From positions 186,001 through 250,000 of the forward strand of contig JAQGDQ010000106.1 in assembly GCA_030141605.1 (NCBI GenBank): DNA of 64,000 nucleotides, in the 5' to 3' direction. Numbering within the stretch: position 1 is the first letter of the stretch; each line of letters opens with the position of its first letter. The DNA comes from Tubiluchus corallicola (lineage: Eukaryota; Animalia; Priapulida). The position numbers were made by a program, and so were the translations under genes. This document shows positions 46,201-61,200 of the stretch, piece by piece. The notes beneath the pieces were generated by a model that did not search any database, was not told the DNA's origin, and saw only the letters and a list, made by a program, of their open reading frames with translations.

Positions 46201-49200
46201 CAGAGTGAGTCTATTAAGTGGCGCCCACTGTATCTGGTCTTTAACTAGTACACTTGAACAATTTAACATTTAATGGATGGTATTTTTATTCTCTGCAGGA
46301 TGAAGAACATGAGCGATTGCTGAAGCAGCTTACAGAGACAACTAGAGAATTAGAGGAAGCTCGTATAGAGAAAGCTGATACTATCAATCGCCTTTACAAG
46401 AGTCTTGAAGAGAGTCAAAATCAGTACAGAGAATTACTTGAAAGTAGTAAGTTCCGTTGGCCTGTAGTTTTATGCTTTTGAGCTTAAAAATAGCTCAAAA
46501 CATTTGCACTCAGTTTGTTCATTTTCCACAAATTAAGTTATGTGTTTGATCCAAACCAGGTTGTATCAAATACTTTAAAGCTGCGCTGCCGATTCTCTGC
46601 GAAGCGATTAGAATTACTGGAGAAAAAGCAAGTCAGTAATGTGTCACATTGTTATTAATCTTGCTGGCAGATTCCTTCACTACTAGCAACAACGAACAGC
46701 AGCATAAAAAATTATTCTCCTTAGGTTATTCACAAGATCTTGATTCTGTTTTCATGGGGACTTGTTTGTGTAATTATTATCATCGGCATCATTATCATCA
46801 TTATTACATTTTTATAAACTGTGTGAGTTTTCTCTGAGAACTCCTTGCCTTTCTCTGAAAACACATTTAAATTTGATCAAAGCTGCTGAGTCAAACAGGT
46901 TATTTTTCAAACATTTGGAAAAGGTAGCTTTCATACATAGCTCTCTCTATGAAATACAGTTTACCTTTTGCACATTTAACATTCATTTCTAATTTTTTAT
47001 TTATAGCTAATGTAGGCGAACTCAATCGTTTGAAAAACGACTTATATCGCTGTGACACTGATAAGAAAACAGCTGAGGAGAAGCTTGGAGTTTTACAGGT
47101 GTGTTTGCAATCTGCACTGAACATTATTTCATGCAGTCGAACATAACTTCCATGGTTTCAGTTTTGACTAATTGTGGTTGGTAAAACACAATAAGCAAAG
47201 CTATTTTCAGCATCATTTCTCATGACTTACCCACATTATTTCTGCATTAAAATTCTAGTGTTTTTAGCCACATTTAGTGTTTTTAGTGTTTTTAATTATG
47301 TGTGATATGTGTGAATGATATGTTTGCTTTCTTAGATTGTTTTTGCACTGTATACTATGTACCATAGGTGATTTTCGAAAGTTAAGGAAGTAGCTCTTAA
47401 GAAGTTGGTATGTTCTTGTTGTTGGTAGAAGTGAATGCTGAAAGTAAACCAAGTTGGGTTTAATATCTCTTGTTATTTTAGAATGATGTTACAGAACTCA
47501 AGGAACATCTCGGATTGTACGAGTCTGCTGCTAAATTGGGGGTGCTTAGTTATCGACAAAAGAGCAATCTAAGTTCTGTGAAGAAGACACTGGATTATTC
47601 CACTCCTGTTTTCAATAGGTATACTACGATGGTTACATCTTCTGCTTTACTAGCCGATGCCAGTATTCACTGTGACTCATTTGATAGTTATTTTGCCTTG
47701 GGTGCTCACATCACTTTTATTACTGTCCCGTCTTCTCAATCAAATAAGCAGTTGGTTAGCTGCCCTGCAATGTGATTTTTTTTTCAGAATTTTGTGCGTG
47801 TCATCTATTAAATATATATACAAAGCTAAAGGTGCATGCAGAATTACAAAACAATGCAAATTGCTTCTTTTTTTCCTAATTGTCACAGTGTACGTATGAC
47901 TTCATTTCCAATTAAGCATAATAACTTTATTTCAAATTCAACAACATGGCAAATTTCATATGTTTTCAAGTCACTTGATTAATAAGTATTGTTGCCCGGT
48001 GTTTAAATAATTTTTTTCAACTATGCCTGAATTCAAAATGCCTTTTTCTGCAGAATCTGTGGCATATCGTAGCATTTGGTGGCTATTTAGTGGAGAAATT
48101 ATTTTGCGTGATAGTTTATTATAAAAATATACATGTAACGTTTTAAGAAAATGAGATTTAAAAAATTTTTAGTAGGCAAGAAGAAACTACAAATGACAGT
48201 TTATCAAACAAGATGGTACATGACTTGAAGCACGAGCACGAGAAATTGCTTTTAGCAATGAGCACCAAACGTTCGCAGATGTCATTGTTACAGTCAGAGC
48301 TAGATGCTGCTAAACAGCAACTGTTGGAAACATCTGAAAATGTGATTGGTTTAACAAATCATATAAAACAGATGGAGGTAAGTGATTGCACTGTTATACA
48401 AATGAAATATACACATTTAGAAATTTGTAACAACCATTGTAAATGTCTGGCAAGAAGTTAAAATATTTTTGGAATCATACTAGTTAGGTCACTAATTCGT
48501 AATCCTGTGCTTGTTTTAAGTTTCAACATATTTCGACCATAATACCCTGAGGAAAAAGAATATTCCTTTAGGAAAAGGCACCATTTATGGGGCTTGGAAA
48601 ATCTCATCAAGCATCAAACTACAACCTTTAAGATAGCAGGAAGCAAGGTTTAACCATAAAAAGAATAACTCTGACTGTGGCTATTTGCATTTTGTACAGT
48701 GTAAAACAAATTCTTGTGAGTGTTTTGTTTAATTGTGTGCTGAACATGGAGTGTACACCACCAACAATATTCCTTATTTTTGGTTCATTACCTGATCACA
48801 TCCATGCATAATATCTAAATACTTCATTTTAGTATAAATTCAGAATGATCAAAATCGTTGCTAACATCCACAAAAGGTTGAAAAATATTTTATATCTAAT
48901 TTGATAGTTAGTTGACTGTTTACCGATAAACATTTTTCCACAATGTTTTCACAAAAATTGAGCTAATATTAGGAAAAAATAATACTAGCGTGAGATCTCA
49001 TAAAGAACTGGTCTATGTAATAAATAAATTTGTCGTTCTGTACAGTGCTTTCTGCTTATGAGATTATAATTTAAATCTGTAATTTGTATGTCAAGGAGTT
49101 AGTTATATTCAATGTATAGAAGTTTTTGTGATGTAGCCCGAAGCATATTAGACTAACCTTAAAACAATGGCAGAAATATAATATTGTTTACTCATTGAAA

Positions 49201-52200
49201 ACAATATTTTTATCTAAATAACAAACCGCATAGCATCCCTTTTACTATACTGCCCAGAATAAATTTATAGTTTAGAATGATTATTAGCTAATTAATCAGA
49301 AGCCTTATTTACAAAGTTCTATATTGCTTGTATGGCTTATTTACAGGAAGAGCTAAAGGATAAGAATAAGGAGATTGATGAACTCAAAAACAATAGAGGG
49401 ACGAGAGAAGAGCAAAGATTGAATGTGAAAATTACTTCATTAGAATCAGAAGTAGATAAACTACTGCGGGACAAAGATGTAAGTACAGTAAGAGATATTT
49501 TAATGCAAATGTTTGCATTTGAAAATTAATTAAGAACCCTTAACTCGTTTGCTTTATCTGATTTACAGAATCTACCTGCAGTGTATTACACTCCTTACAT
49601 TGTACATTTGGATTTTTGTTTTTGTTTCTACAGTTATGTTTCAGAACAAGCTAGCAATGCCTAGGTAGTAACTAACTTCTTGTTTTTACCATAGCAGCAT
49701 TAAATCCTAAGTGCTTAACAGCCAGCACAGCACCCATTTAATAGTTTTCCTCATCACTAATTGTATGAAATTTTAAAACATGTAAAAAAAATCATTGATC
49801 AAGCCTTTGTTGAAATATGCAATTCTGATTTGTGAAACCTCCCTAGAAAGCATCAGTCAGTTTGTATCACTCAGTTTATATTCTAGGAGTTGGAGCAGAT
49901 GACAATCAAGTATAAGTTATTACAAGAGGATTTGCTTCAAAAACAAGAAGAATGGAAAGTTGAAAAAGAGGAACTTGTAGACATAAATGACAAAGAAAAA
50001 CAAAACAAAATCACAGCACTTGGTGAAGCAAAGAGCCAGCTAGATGAACTTCAAAAGGAACAGCTTGAGAAGGAAGAATTTTGTAAGAAGAAGGCTGACG
50101 AACGAGAAAAACAGTTGGAGAAAAAAGAGAATGAGTTGGAAATGATGTCAAAACAATTAAAAGAAGAGAAGGTGTCACAACAAAAATTAGCGAATAAACT
50201 GCAAGCAGCTGAGGAGAAATTTATAGAAGAAATGAATCAGAAAATAGCAGAACTCAGTCGGGAGAAAGATGAACTGTTAGAACAAAAGTTAGCAGAGTTG
50301 GCAGATGCAAAGAATGAGGAATTGAAAAAACAATTAGCTGAAAAAGATTCCACTTTTAAAGAGCAATTGAAAAAATTGGAATTGGAAACAGAGAATTCAT
50401 TGAAAGCGCAGTTATCAGCATTGGATAAGGAGAAGAAATGTGTATTGCAAGAACGGATGTCAGTAGTTAAAGCCCAGGAAGATACCAAATTCAGGAAATT
50501 GCTTGCAGAAATGGAGAAAAAGAAAGATGACTGGTGGAACAACAAATTAAAGATGGCAGAAGAAGAAAGGATGGAAACGTTCAAAGAGCAGTTGGCAACC
50601 ATGGAGAAACAAAAAGATGAAATGTGGAACAAAAAATTATCAGTGTTAGAAAAAGAGAAGGATCAGCAGTGGAGGAGGCGTATTGAATTGATGGAACAGA
50701 AAAAAAACAAATTGTTGACTGAAAAGCTGAAAAATATTGAAAATGAAAGAAACTCGTACTGGCAAGAAAAGTTTAGTTCACTGAAACAGCAGTTCGAAAA
50801 AGAACAACAACAGCATCAAGTGAAAGCAAATAGTCAAAATGAAGAATTCAAGTAAGTAGTCAACTAGTGTGTGCTCATTATAATTACTAATGCAATAAGT
50901 TAGTTTGATCATTTTTTGTCTTCCAGTTAAAAGTTTTGAATTAGGTTGGCTAAAGTTAGTAATAATTTATTGATTTTTCGAAGGCTGTAGATTACAGTCA
51001 AATGCAATGTACCATTAGGTCTTACACATTCAGTAGACAGCATTCTTTTTATCAGAAACATTATCCAGTAAAGTACAGATGATTTTGTCTAATGTAAAAT
51101 TATGTCATATTCTACAATATCAGAAATCTTTACATCAAATTAGCTACAGTGAAGTAATTTGTACTGTTCCATATAAATAATTCAGAAGACTGGGAGAGAT
51201 GCAATAAATAACAATGCATGTAAATCTGGTTGTACTGAATGCTCTCACTTTTTAAATTCGGTTTTTTTTGCATTGCAAAAAACAACAAAAATTTAATTTG
51301 ATCACAAAATGACAAAAATCATGCAACAAAATTGGATGACCATGGCACACCTGGGTTTTTATTAAATGGCAAGGGTTGATTAGTAAAAGTCACTAATGTG
51401 TCAGTATCCTTTTTTTTCTTGATGAGCTTAGTATAGAAGATGGTTTTTTAATGATATTCATGTTTTAGCAAATGGCAACAGGACAAAACAGCAATTCTAG
51501 CTAAGCTTGAGATGTTAACGAATCTGGCAAGTAATGCAGAAGCAATAAAGAAGAAAGATTTAGAAGAGCAAGAAGCAAGGCTGGTAGCTGAGTATCAACA
51601 GGTGCTTGATCAACAGGCAAAGCAACTAGGTGAAATGTTGAAGTCTGCCAGGACATCTGCTCTTCAACAGCAGGTATAGTTGGGCACTTTTTTGCTAATT
51701 TATCTAGTTCTGTATTTTTACCTCTGTGTAGCGAAACAGAATAGGCTTTGGTTCAGTTTAAAACCTAAAATATAAACTATAACAGTTTCAAATATTTGCT
51801 GCTTTACAAAACTTACTGAATACAAAATTGTTGCATCCCAAGTGTCTTCATTTCCATTACATTATTGTAGTTACATAGTGAGTCGATCATTTTTCCGAAG
51901 TAGCTGATTTCTTTATTGCTACTTCTTCATTCTTTGTTTTATTTTGCATACTGACAGATTTAATTTATTTTAATACATGTGAGATAAGATGGATGACAAT
52001 GATTCTTCTAATCTTTCCTCACTTGACGTATTAGACAAATTCTAAAATTGCTTTTTATGTCTTCTTTTTGGTGCCTTTCATTTACATTCTAGTGAAATCA
52101 CTTGATTGTCCATGTGACAATACTGTATCCATACATACAACAGAATCTGATTTATTTGTGATAGTTGATCATAGTCATATTAATAATTGTGCTGCAAACA

Positions 52201-55200
52201 AATTGTTTTGTCTTGCGCACTCACATTGGATCATCTTTGAGATCTTGATGCATAATATTACACCCTTCCAGACAGGCCATGCCAAGTTTTATGCACTCCT
52301 CACGAGGCTCAGGTATCTTAGACTGTCATGCTTTCTCACCCACAAATCAAAAAATCTGTGAAAAGCATATCAATGAATCTCATTTTAGAATGTAAATCAC
52401 TTGAATTTTTGGCTTTTCATCCACAACCATTATCTTTGGTTGAACTAGGTAGTGCAGATGTTCTTTTTTATTTTCATTGAACGAATTTATCACAGCTTAG
52501 GCTAGCAGCAGCTGAAAGAAATCAGGCACTGCTAGGTAATTATTCAGTGTTATTGTATTCTGTAAGTATGCCATATTCTAGTCAGAAATTTATATTCCAT
52601 TTATTATGTGTCATTTGAAAGTTATTAGGTGGCTTGCACCTAGTTTCTTTTTAAGCTGTAATTTTTCAGAAGTATACAATTATGCATATAGTGGAAAATC
52701 TTTTATTTTTAATTACTAGACTTAATTAAGTTATGCCATATTACTAAAATCAAAAGTTGAATCTCTTCAAAATTAAATTGATAAGTAATAAAAGACATTC
52801 AAGAAATCATAATGTTTAAACTGAGTTGACATTTAAACCTTCTGAAGTACACTCAAACGTAAGAGAATGCGTTGGTGGACATCCCACTAGAGGAGCTTAC
52901 AGAGCCCTAGCTGAATTGTGGAGTCTCACTCATCTCGTTCTGTACTCCTTGACAGTTCTGTTACCAGGTGGCCCATTTGACTTCTTTCAGTACATACATG
53001 TCGTATCATATGACATGATCATTTGCAGGAATTAGGTAACAAAGGTGACATTACTTCAAAAATACACAAAAGAATTTACTTGAAATAGCTAGCAGTTTGC
53101 ATTATGAACACAAATTTCATCACTATGAGATCTCATGCGGGTTTGGTTAATCATTTCCTTGTGCTATCTGTAATTACTATTGTATGTACATATTTAACCT
53201 GTTTGTGACAATCGGCATTTTAATTTGTTAAATTAGTGTAATTTTTTCTCTTAACCATTGAAGAAGAGTCAGAAAGAACAGTATGAGAAAGACATGGAAA
53301 CAGAAAAACGTCGTTATAATACTCTTCTGAGAAAAACTAGGGCTGCAGTTAAAACAACCATTGGAACACAAACGGTAAGTGTTTCACAAAGATTTATGTG
53401 AGAACGATTATGCGACTTGTGTGGTAGTTTTAATACCACTGTTTAATTTTGAATAATCCAGATTCTACTGCAACAAAATGCCAAACAAACAAATTTATAC
53501 AACTGACAAGTACAATAATTTTATTGTGGAATACATTTGGAACAAGATATTTACAACACTGCAGGAATGTTATGAAAATGATACATAAATGTAATTATAA
53601 GCGACAATAAAACATTGCAGTTTTAATATTTTACAAATATGGAAGTGTCACATTTGTAGGGCAACATTTAATTGGTTTAAAAGGTGATTAAGTGTAGTGC
53701 ACAAAAAATAATTAAACAGAATATACATCCATATTATGAACAACAAATATGGCAATAAAGAATCAGTGGCAAGAATATGTAAATGCCAAGATTCTGGAGT
53801 TTTTTTTCTAAGTGCCCTGGGAATTAGAGGAAAGCAATAAGCTCGATTTTACTTGTAAGGAAATTTGATAAATCAAGGTGATTAATTTTTAGTGTGGCAC
53901 ATTTTCCTGTGCCAAGTTCATACAGTGCCACATTTTTCTGAATTTTTACTATCATTAGACTATTTTTAAACTAACTTGCACTATCATCACTTACCCGAAT
54001 AAACCTAACATTTAAAATTGCTAATGGTACTGTATCATTAAACATTTCGTTGTAAATACGATGCAAATGATACATGAAAGGGCACACTTTTACTTAAAAA
54101 ATATGCATAATATAAATAAGGGCTTGTAACTTCAGCCCCTTTTACCTGAGTTTAAACATATATTTAAAAATAAGAAGCCACAGAGCGTTAAATGTCAATT
54201 TGGAAATATGCAAATCAAAATCAATTGCAATGTTAAAGTGCATGTAATTTAACGTATACATTAATAAAAATAACTCGCTACAGTTAACTTAAACAGCCAA
54301 AAATATCAGCAAGCCAGGTAGACATAAGCAGTTAAAAGTGAAAATCTGATATAAGAAAATAGTGATCACAACAGATTTACAATTCTGAATATCAAAATGT
54401 GTATTTATAGTGCCTATCTAGTACAGGCTTGTCTTTTTCATGATGCGCAGAAACTCATCCTCGTTAATTTCATTGTCTCCATCTCGATCTGCTTCCTCAA
54501 TCATCTCTTGCAGTTCTTCATCCGTGAGATTCTCACCTAATTCTTTGGCAACTCGCTTCAGATTTTTGAAAGAGATCTTTCCTGTTTCGTCATCATCAAA
54601 TAACTTAAATGCTTTTAAAATTTCCTCCTTTGAGTCTTTTTCCGCCATTTTGCTACTCATCAGAGTGAGAAATTCATTAAAGTCTATAGTTCCAGAACCG
54701 TCTTTATCAATCTCCGCGATCATTTTCTTAACTTCTTCTTTCTTTGGCTCAAATCCTAAAGCACGCATGGCTACTTTGAGTTCTTTGATATCAATCCTTC
54801 CAGAGCCATCTGTATCGAACAGATCAAAAGCTTCGCGAATTTCTGCTCGTTGTTCCTCAGTTAGTTCCAGCTTTTGCGATCCCTTTTTCCGTTGTGCTCC
54901 TGTACTTGCCATTGCTATGTGTTGTAGTAGTATATTGTACAAAGTACTAACCTAAAAAATTAAAATGAAAATTATCAGTGTCGTAATTATTATGGCCAAT
55001 ACCATAATGTGGAGAGAGGGTTGCTGCAAGGTATCTTTCTTGATGAAAAATGCATTGTAAGAAGATATTTAACATTTTGGATTTACTACCAATGTCTACT
55101 TTATTGTCTTGAGACACATCAGCCATCAGAGATTTCCAGATCACTTACAAGAAATCGGTTGTCGGAACTTGCTTTATGCACATTGCCAAAATAGTTTAAT

Positions 55201-58200
55201 TTAAACTTAATTGCTTAAATAATCTATAATGTACATTAGCAAATTATTTTTAATATAACACATCATAAAGCCATAGCCAAGTAATACAACAATATGAAAC
55301 TAATGCATAATATAAGTTTTCAAAATTGTCAGAATAATCTTTAGAGTTATATAATCTTTCTGTAATCTCCATTTAACATTTAATCTTAATATAATATAAT
55401 CGCCAGATCTACATTTGTCTTGAAATTTTGAAAATGACACACTCCATTATATTCTGACTGACAAATTTCTAATGCTTAAAAACACCTATGACACCACCTA
55501 TTTAAGATTTCAAGATGGCTTCCAAAATGGTCGCATTCACTTGTGAACTACATTAGCTATATGGCATTGTCTGCTGGAGATAATGATAAGATGATGATAT
55601 TGAAGACATTGTATCTAAACACAGGTTTTAAAGATCAATCGTTTAGGGTAGTATCCAATATGGCCACCATTTTCAAAATGGCCTAAAAGATGGCTAGTTC
55701 ATAAAGTTATATCCCTGAAAAAGCCAGGGGTACTGAAAAAGCATCAGCTCTATCTGCAGTCCTTGCCAGTACTGGTTCTGTCCAAACTTAGCAGGGTAGT
55801 ATTACTATTATTTATGTTGAACTGTAACAATATCAACACTATTATGTTTTCGCATCACATATGCAATATAACGTCTGTCCCATAAGAAAGGCTGCAGTAA
55901 GAAACAAACACTTCAAATCAGAATTTATGAATCCTGGTATATAAATGACATAGATAGCATTACTTCTAAAACAATCTGTCACACTCACCACCACAATTGC
56001 ACAGAGTTGTACAAACAAGACATGTTAGACACATTTACATAACCCATGGCATCCTTAGGCTGGCTGACAGCAACATTTAATAAGCTGTTGACATACTTGA
56101 GGTCTTAGTATCCAGTGTTGTTCCCATGTGGCCTAACAGTATCCTGCCGCTATACCTCACGTCTCATATGCTTCAATACTGTGGCAGTTTACCGAGGCAT
56201 TGCCTCCATTGAGCTTCCCTTTCTTGTACACAAGTCTGCGCTTTTTGCAAGCTGACACCAATATACTTTGTCACACAGGAGTACAACTAAATGTTCAAGC
56301 ACAGGCATGTACTCTTCAGTCAGCTGCTTATCTGTAGTAGTGTTTCTTATAGATAATGCTTCTGTTACCGGCATGTCATCTTTTTCCTCTCTCTGTCATT
56401 AGTATACTACCGAAATTAATATATTCGACTAGCAAAGGCCCCGCAAAATTTTTTGTATAAATACACTTATAATCAATAATATGCAAACATCCTACATAGT
56501 TCTCATTTATAATGCAAAGCCAGTAGCAGCTTTTACTGAATTAAAATTATAAGGTTATAAGCAGAGTATAATCGATGACGTCAGAACAATTGCCGTCGTT
56601 GGAGCTGTAGCCTCGTCGGTTTTATATATATATATATATGAAATTAATATGCGAAATTAATATATACGATATCAGATAAGTCAAAAATTAATTAATATGG
56701 CCACCATTTTCAAGATGGCTGTTGCTAGTGTTTAAAAATCATATCTTAGCTGCTATAGCAGAGAAACTGAGGATTCTGGTATCTACGTATAGGTTTTCAA
56801 TGGTAAGGAATCCATATCTGATGCTTAAAAACCAATGGCATCATTTCAATTAAAATTTCAAAGTGGCTACAAACTGCTTCTGCAGTATATCAGCTACGTT
56901 GCACATTCATGATGACTTTAGTATCTATATAAACAGGTTTTAAAGGTCATTGATTCAGTGTAGCATCCAAAATGAATATCATTTTTAAGGTGGCTGAAAG
57001 AATGACTGTCACTAGTTGTAAAGTCCATATCTTAGGCTGTACTAAAGTTTGGATGCCATGGGCCTTTCCCATGATTTTCGAAGCAGACAAAAGTTTTTTC
57101 GGATTCAGCACAGTCAAATTGATAAGGCTGGATTTGTTACCCACTTTTAGAACAAATGCCTGAAATTGCACTGAAACGCCAGTATTGCACTTTTCTGAAA
57201 ATCGTCTGAATAGTCTATTTTGGGAATTCAGTCCACTGAAATCATAAAAAATGTAGTTGGGAATTTTAGAAAAACTGAGGAACAAAAACTGACATGATTT
57301 AATACTCAAAAAACTAAATAAAAACCAGGATGACCAGAAAGAAAATCAAAACAGAAATAGAAGATTTTGTTAATTATGGTAAAATTAGTAAGACAAAAAC
57401 ATGCAAGTATCTTTGTTACTGGTTTACAAGCAAAAACAGATGATGTTAGCATTGATATGTTTAAAGAAAGAAAACATGGAATGAAAGTTATGATAATGGA
57501 CATAAATAATATTGGGTCAGAAACAATTGTGAGATATAAATCAACAGAAGCAAGACTAATAATGTAAGCAACAGTGGTGATACTGGTATTGTTATATAGC
57601 AGTGAAACATAGACGAATTTAACAAATAGTGAGTGGAGGCGGTTAGAAAGTATTCACTTCAAAGCATTAACTAAATTGTTGTGTGAAGAAACCCTTATTG
57701 GGACATTTTAGTTCAAATACATTGCTGACTAATGAAAGATACAGTTGATTACAAAATTTAATGTTTTCACCATTTCATTAATTTTTAAATGGTGAAATTT
57801 TGATGATAAGAGAATTGCTAAACAAGTAGTTATGGAACAAAAAAAGACTGAGTATTATGAAATAAACAGTAGTGATATGGAACAAGTAGATAACAAAAAG
57901 AAGTCTGAATGGAAAAAGATGGCCAAAACTAAATTAACAATAAAAATAGCTTAGGGATTCAGAATAAAATGAAATAAAATGACCAAACAAGATTTCTGAA
58001 ATATAGTGAATTTAAATAGCAAAATTATATTTCTCAGTTAGGTGTAAACAAGGCAAGTCAGTACATATACAAGTAATTTAATATGCCCTATGTGACTATG
58101 TCTAATACCTAAGAAAGTGCCACCGAACATCTATTTGTTTATAGTTGTTGAAGTCAAGTAAAAAATTGGGGGTCGATGCCCGAGCTTTAGATGCTATAAG

Positions 58201-61200
58201 TGTGGAAATTACTTAGTATACGAAAGGGCATTATGGAATGTAGAAAAGAATGTGGAATAATAATGAAACTGCATCATAGTGTTTACGGATCATGAAGTCC
58301 TTCCTTTTTTATGGAAGAGAAGCAAAAGTGTGTCTTAAGTTTTTAAATAGAGTCATATTCATGAATGAAGATAGATTATTAAAAAATTGTGAGCTTTCTG
58401 GCTCTTGTAGAATTCGTCAGGGAATTTATGGTGACATATTAGTGCTTGGAGGTTATCTAAGAAAGGTCTTAACAGATATAATTTTGAAGGATAGACCAAT
58501 TCCATAGAAAGGAAAGTTAGTGAAGCTGATATGCAGACTTGTAAAAATCAGCTAGATAGGTCTTCCACAGCGGTTAGATATAGTAAAAATAACTCTGTAC
58601 GATGATATGAAGTTTGTATGGATGATACTCGGAAATCTGAATTGATTGTTAAAGCGAGCATTGGCACTCTAGAGTTGAGAGAAATGAGAATTTTATAGAA
58701 ATAAAGCATTTGTTATTATAATGATAGTATTGAAGATGTGAAACACGTATTATGATATGATCAAGAAGTAGAAGAGATAAATTGGCAAGGAGAAGATTAA
58801 CTGGATGTAATTTGGCGACAATGTCAATTGTGCTAAAAACTCTTCGTGAGATAACGTGCCACATAATGATGTACAGGTTGAGCAATAGTGATTGCTGTTA
58901 TAGCCAAATTATAGCCTTTTTTGGCAATGTGCCCGAGGCAAAATGATCAGAGGCATTGTACCTGAACCTGAATCAAGTGACTGCTTGCTGATCTTTCCAA
59001 TGAAGATTCAAGCCTATACCACTGAACTAATTAACATAAGGCTAAACCTAGAAAACTTAGGAAAACGAGTGTCCTTTATTCAAGATATTTTATTTAGTCT
59101 ATTGCACAATTGAAAACTCAATAAAAAATATTAAAATTATGCTGAGTACCGGTAAAATGGATCAATTTTACTCCACAAGTTAATAACATTTCACCAACAA
59201 ACTCTGCACGACGCTTTGCTCCAGGCGCAACAAATGAATGCTCACTATTGCACTATTTTTTTCATTTTGGCTGAATGTTAGTTTATGACTTCGTGATGTC
59301 TTAGATAAGTTGGCATAAAAGTATCTTGGTGTCTGCTTATACGATAGATTAATAGCTTGCCGTAAGAAAAAGTTCTATTTGTCTAAAAATGTAATTACCG
59401 TTTGATTACATACGCCTGCTGGCTGTGCATCTGTCGGTTATCATGGCTGCTTCCAGGGTTACGGATTTTCCGTCTGTTTTGCGAGTAAAACGAAAACGAA
59501 CCGCAGACTGTGTAGAAACCTTATTCGTAGCGAGTAAAAGGCGAAAAGATAATACAGGAAAATTAACAGACTGTCAAACAGATGAAGAGAAGACCATATT
59601 TCGACTCGTAACTTCAAGCGAACAAGCAGCGAGTGAAGCAGTAGATAAACAAATACGCGAAGTTTTAAAATTAAATAGCCGCCATCGTGTTAGTAATGAT
59701 TATGCTGAAGGAAAAAATACAGGATGTGCTTCAACACAGGGTCGTGTGTTTCGATACAAAGACCGTTGCAAAAAGTATAAACTTATTTCTAGTCAACCAA
59801 ACATAACTACAAAAACTCAACGAACCATAGATTTTGATGCAAAGGAAAAAATGGTCAGCGATGATACTGAATCTGGTATCAATACTGATGATGCTGCCCT
59901 TTCTTACTGTTTATTCGATGTGATTGGGGAAGACATGAGTGAATGTTTTCCGCTTGGTGATAGATCAGAAAATGTAATTACTTGTAGCGGAATACCGATG
60001 GTACGTAAAACTTGTGAATCAAAACTGACAGATTATGTGTATGACTACTATTATGGAGATCAGCAATTATCAGTTGCAGATGAAATTCTAAGCATTAATG
60101 CTTATGGAGAAAATTATGTTTTTGATGAATATAGAGAATCGGAAGAATTTCGTGCTGATGACGAAGACGACAGCAATGACGAGGATAATTGGCGAAATGA
60201 TTATCCTGAGGAACTTGACTCTGAAGAAGAATATATGATGAATGCTTATGATCCGGACAGTCGCTGCATGATGGCCGATTTTTCTGAATTTGATATCGAT
60301 GAATTTGAAAATTATAAGTCGGATGGTAGTGAACACTGTTATAACAGTGCTTATTAACTGCTACTTATTAGATAGAACTAGTAATGTACGTGCAAATGTT
60401 ATGTAGTAAAATGGCCGAACATTGCTGTTGATACATTTAGAGTTTGCAAATATATCTTTTAAAGGTCGAGGACATAATTAAACTTGAATCCTATAAGAAA
60501 CCTTAACATGAAGCTTACTAGTTTTTAAAGATAAAAGAAATTAATTTTGCTTTTCCTGATGTTAAGAGTATTCAGTTTTTGTACGGACGACTTTTATGAA
60601 ACTGACAAAGTTTGGGATTTACAGACATTTTGACCCTATGTGTGGACTGTAGATTTGGGAAACTGACAAAGACATTTGACCCTATGTGTGGAACAAATAG
60701 GTTGACCATATATGCTGGAGGTATTTCATTTTCACACAGGAGTCTGGCTGGCGGCAAGTTTGTCGTTTGTATTTGAAATTATTTTTCTTCATAATTTTAG
60801 TCCTACTAAAGATAAATCTAGCTGTTGATGTGTTGTGAATTTGTAATGACAGAGCTTGACATTAACACGTTAACTATAGTTTTCATAATTGTTTTGCTAT
60901 ATTGAACTGGTGCTGATTGTATAGGGATGTGTAATTTGATTACTTTCCAGTTTCCACCTGCGTAGTTTTGTGTGTTTAACTCCTCACAAAGGCTTCACAA
61001 AAGTAAGTGTAAAAATCTGCTGTTACTCTGGTTTCTAGCAGTATTTGACTAATACTATTTGGTGCCCTTGTCTGTTGGCAGCAGTAATATTTCCACATGC
61101 CTATAATAATTCTGTAATTAGTAAAAATAGTTAGCAATATACTCATTATACTGTTCTTCGTAGGACTCGCTATATGATGGTATTAAAGCCAGCCCAGATC

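Noticed and set aside
49634-49664. Candidate CEP152 mini-exon
   Set aside because: In-frame TAG and a weak donor.
51404-51468. U12-type donor GTATCCTTT inside a CEP152 intron
   Set aside because: The implied upstream mini-exon has an in-frame stop, and the normal GT-AG intron 50852-51468 already keeps the frame.
52496-52535. Candidate 40-nt CEP152 exon ([13 protein letters not shown])
   Set aside because: It ends in phase 1 with no compatible downstream acceptor, and the flanking exons join in phase 0 without it.
53245-53263. U12-like branch point (ttctcttaac) before CEP152 exon 53264
   Set aside because: The matching donor (gtatag at 51674) is not U12 consensus.
54440-54955. 171-aa plus-strand ORF over centrin; likewise 50237-50632 and 60088-60336 on the minus strand
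   Set aside because: Antisense shadows of real coding sequence, Ser/Phe-rich, with no motifs.
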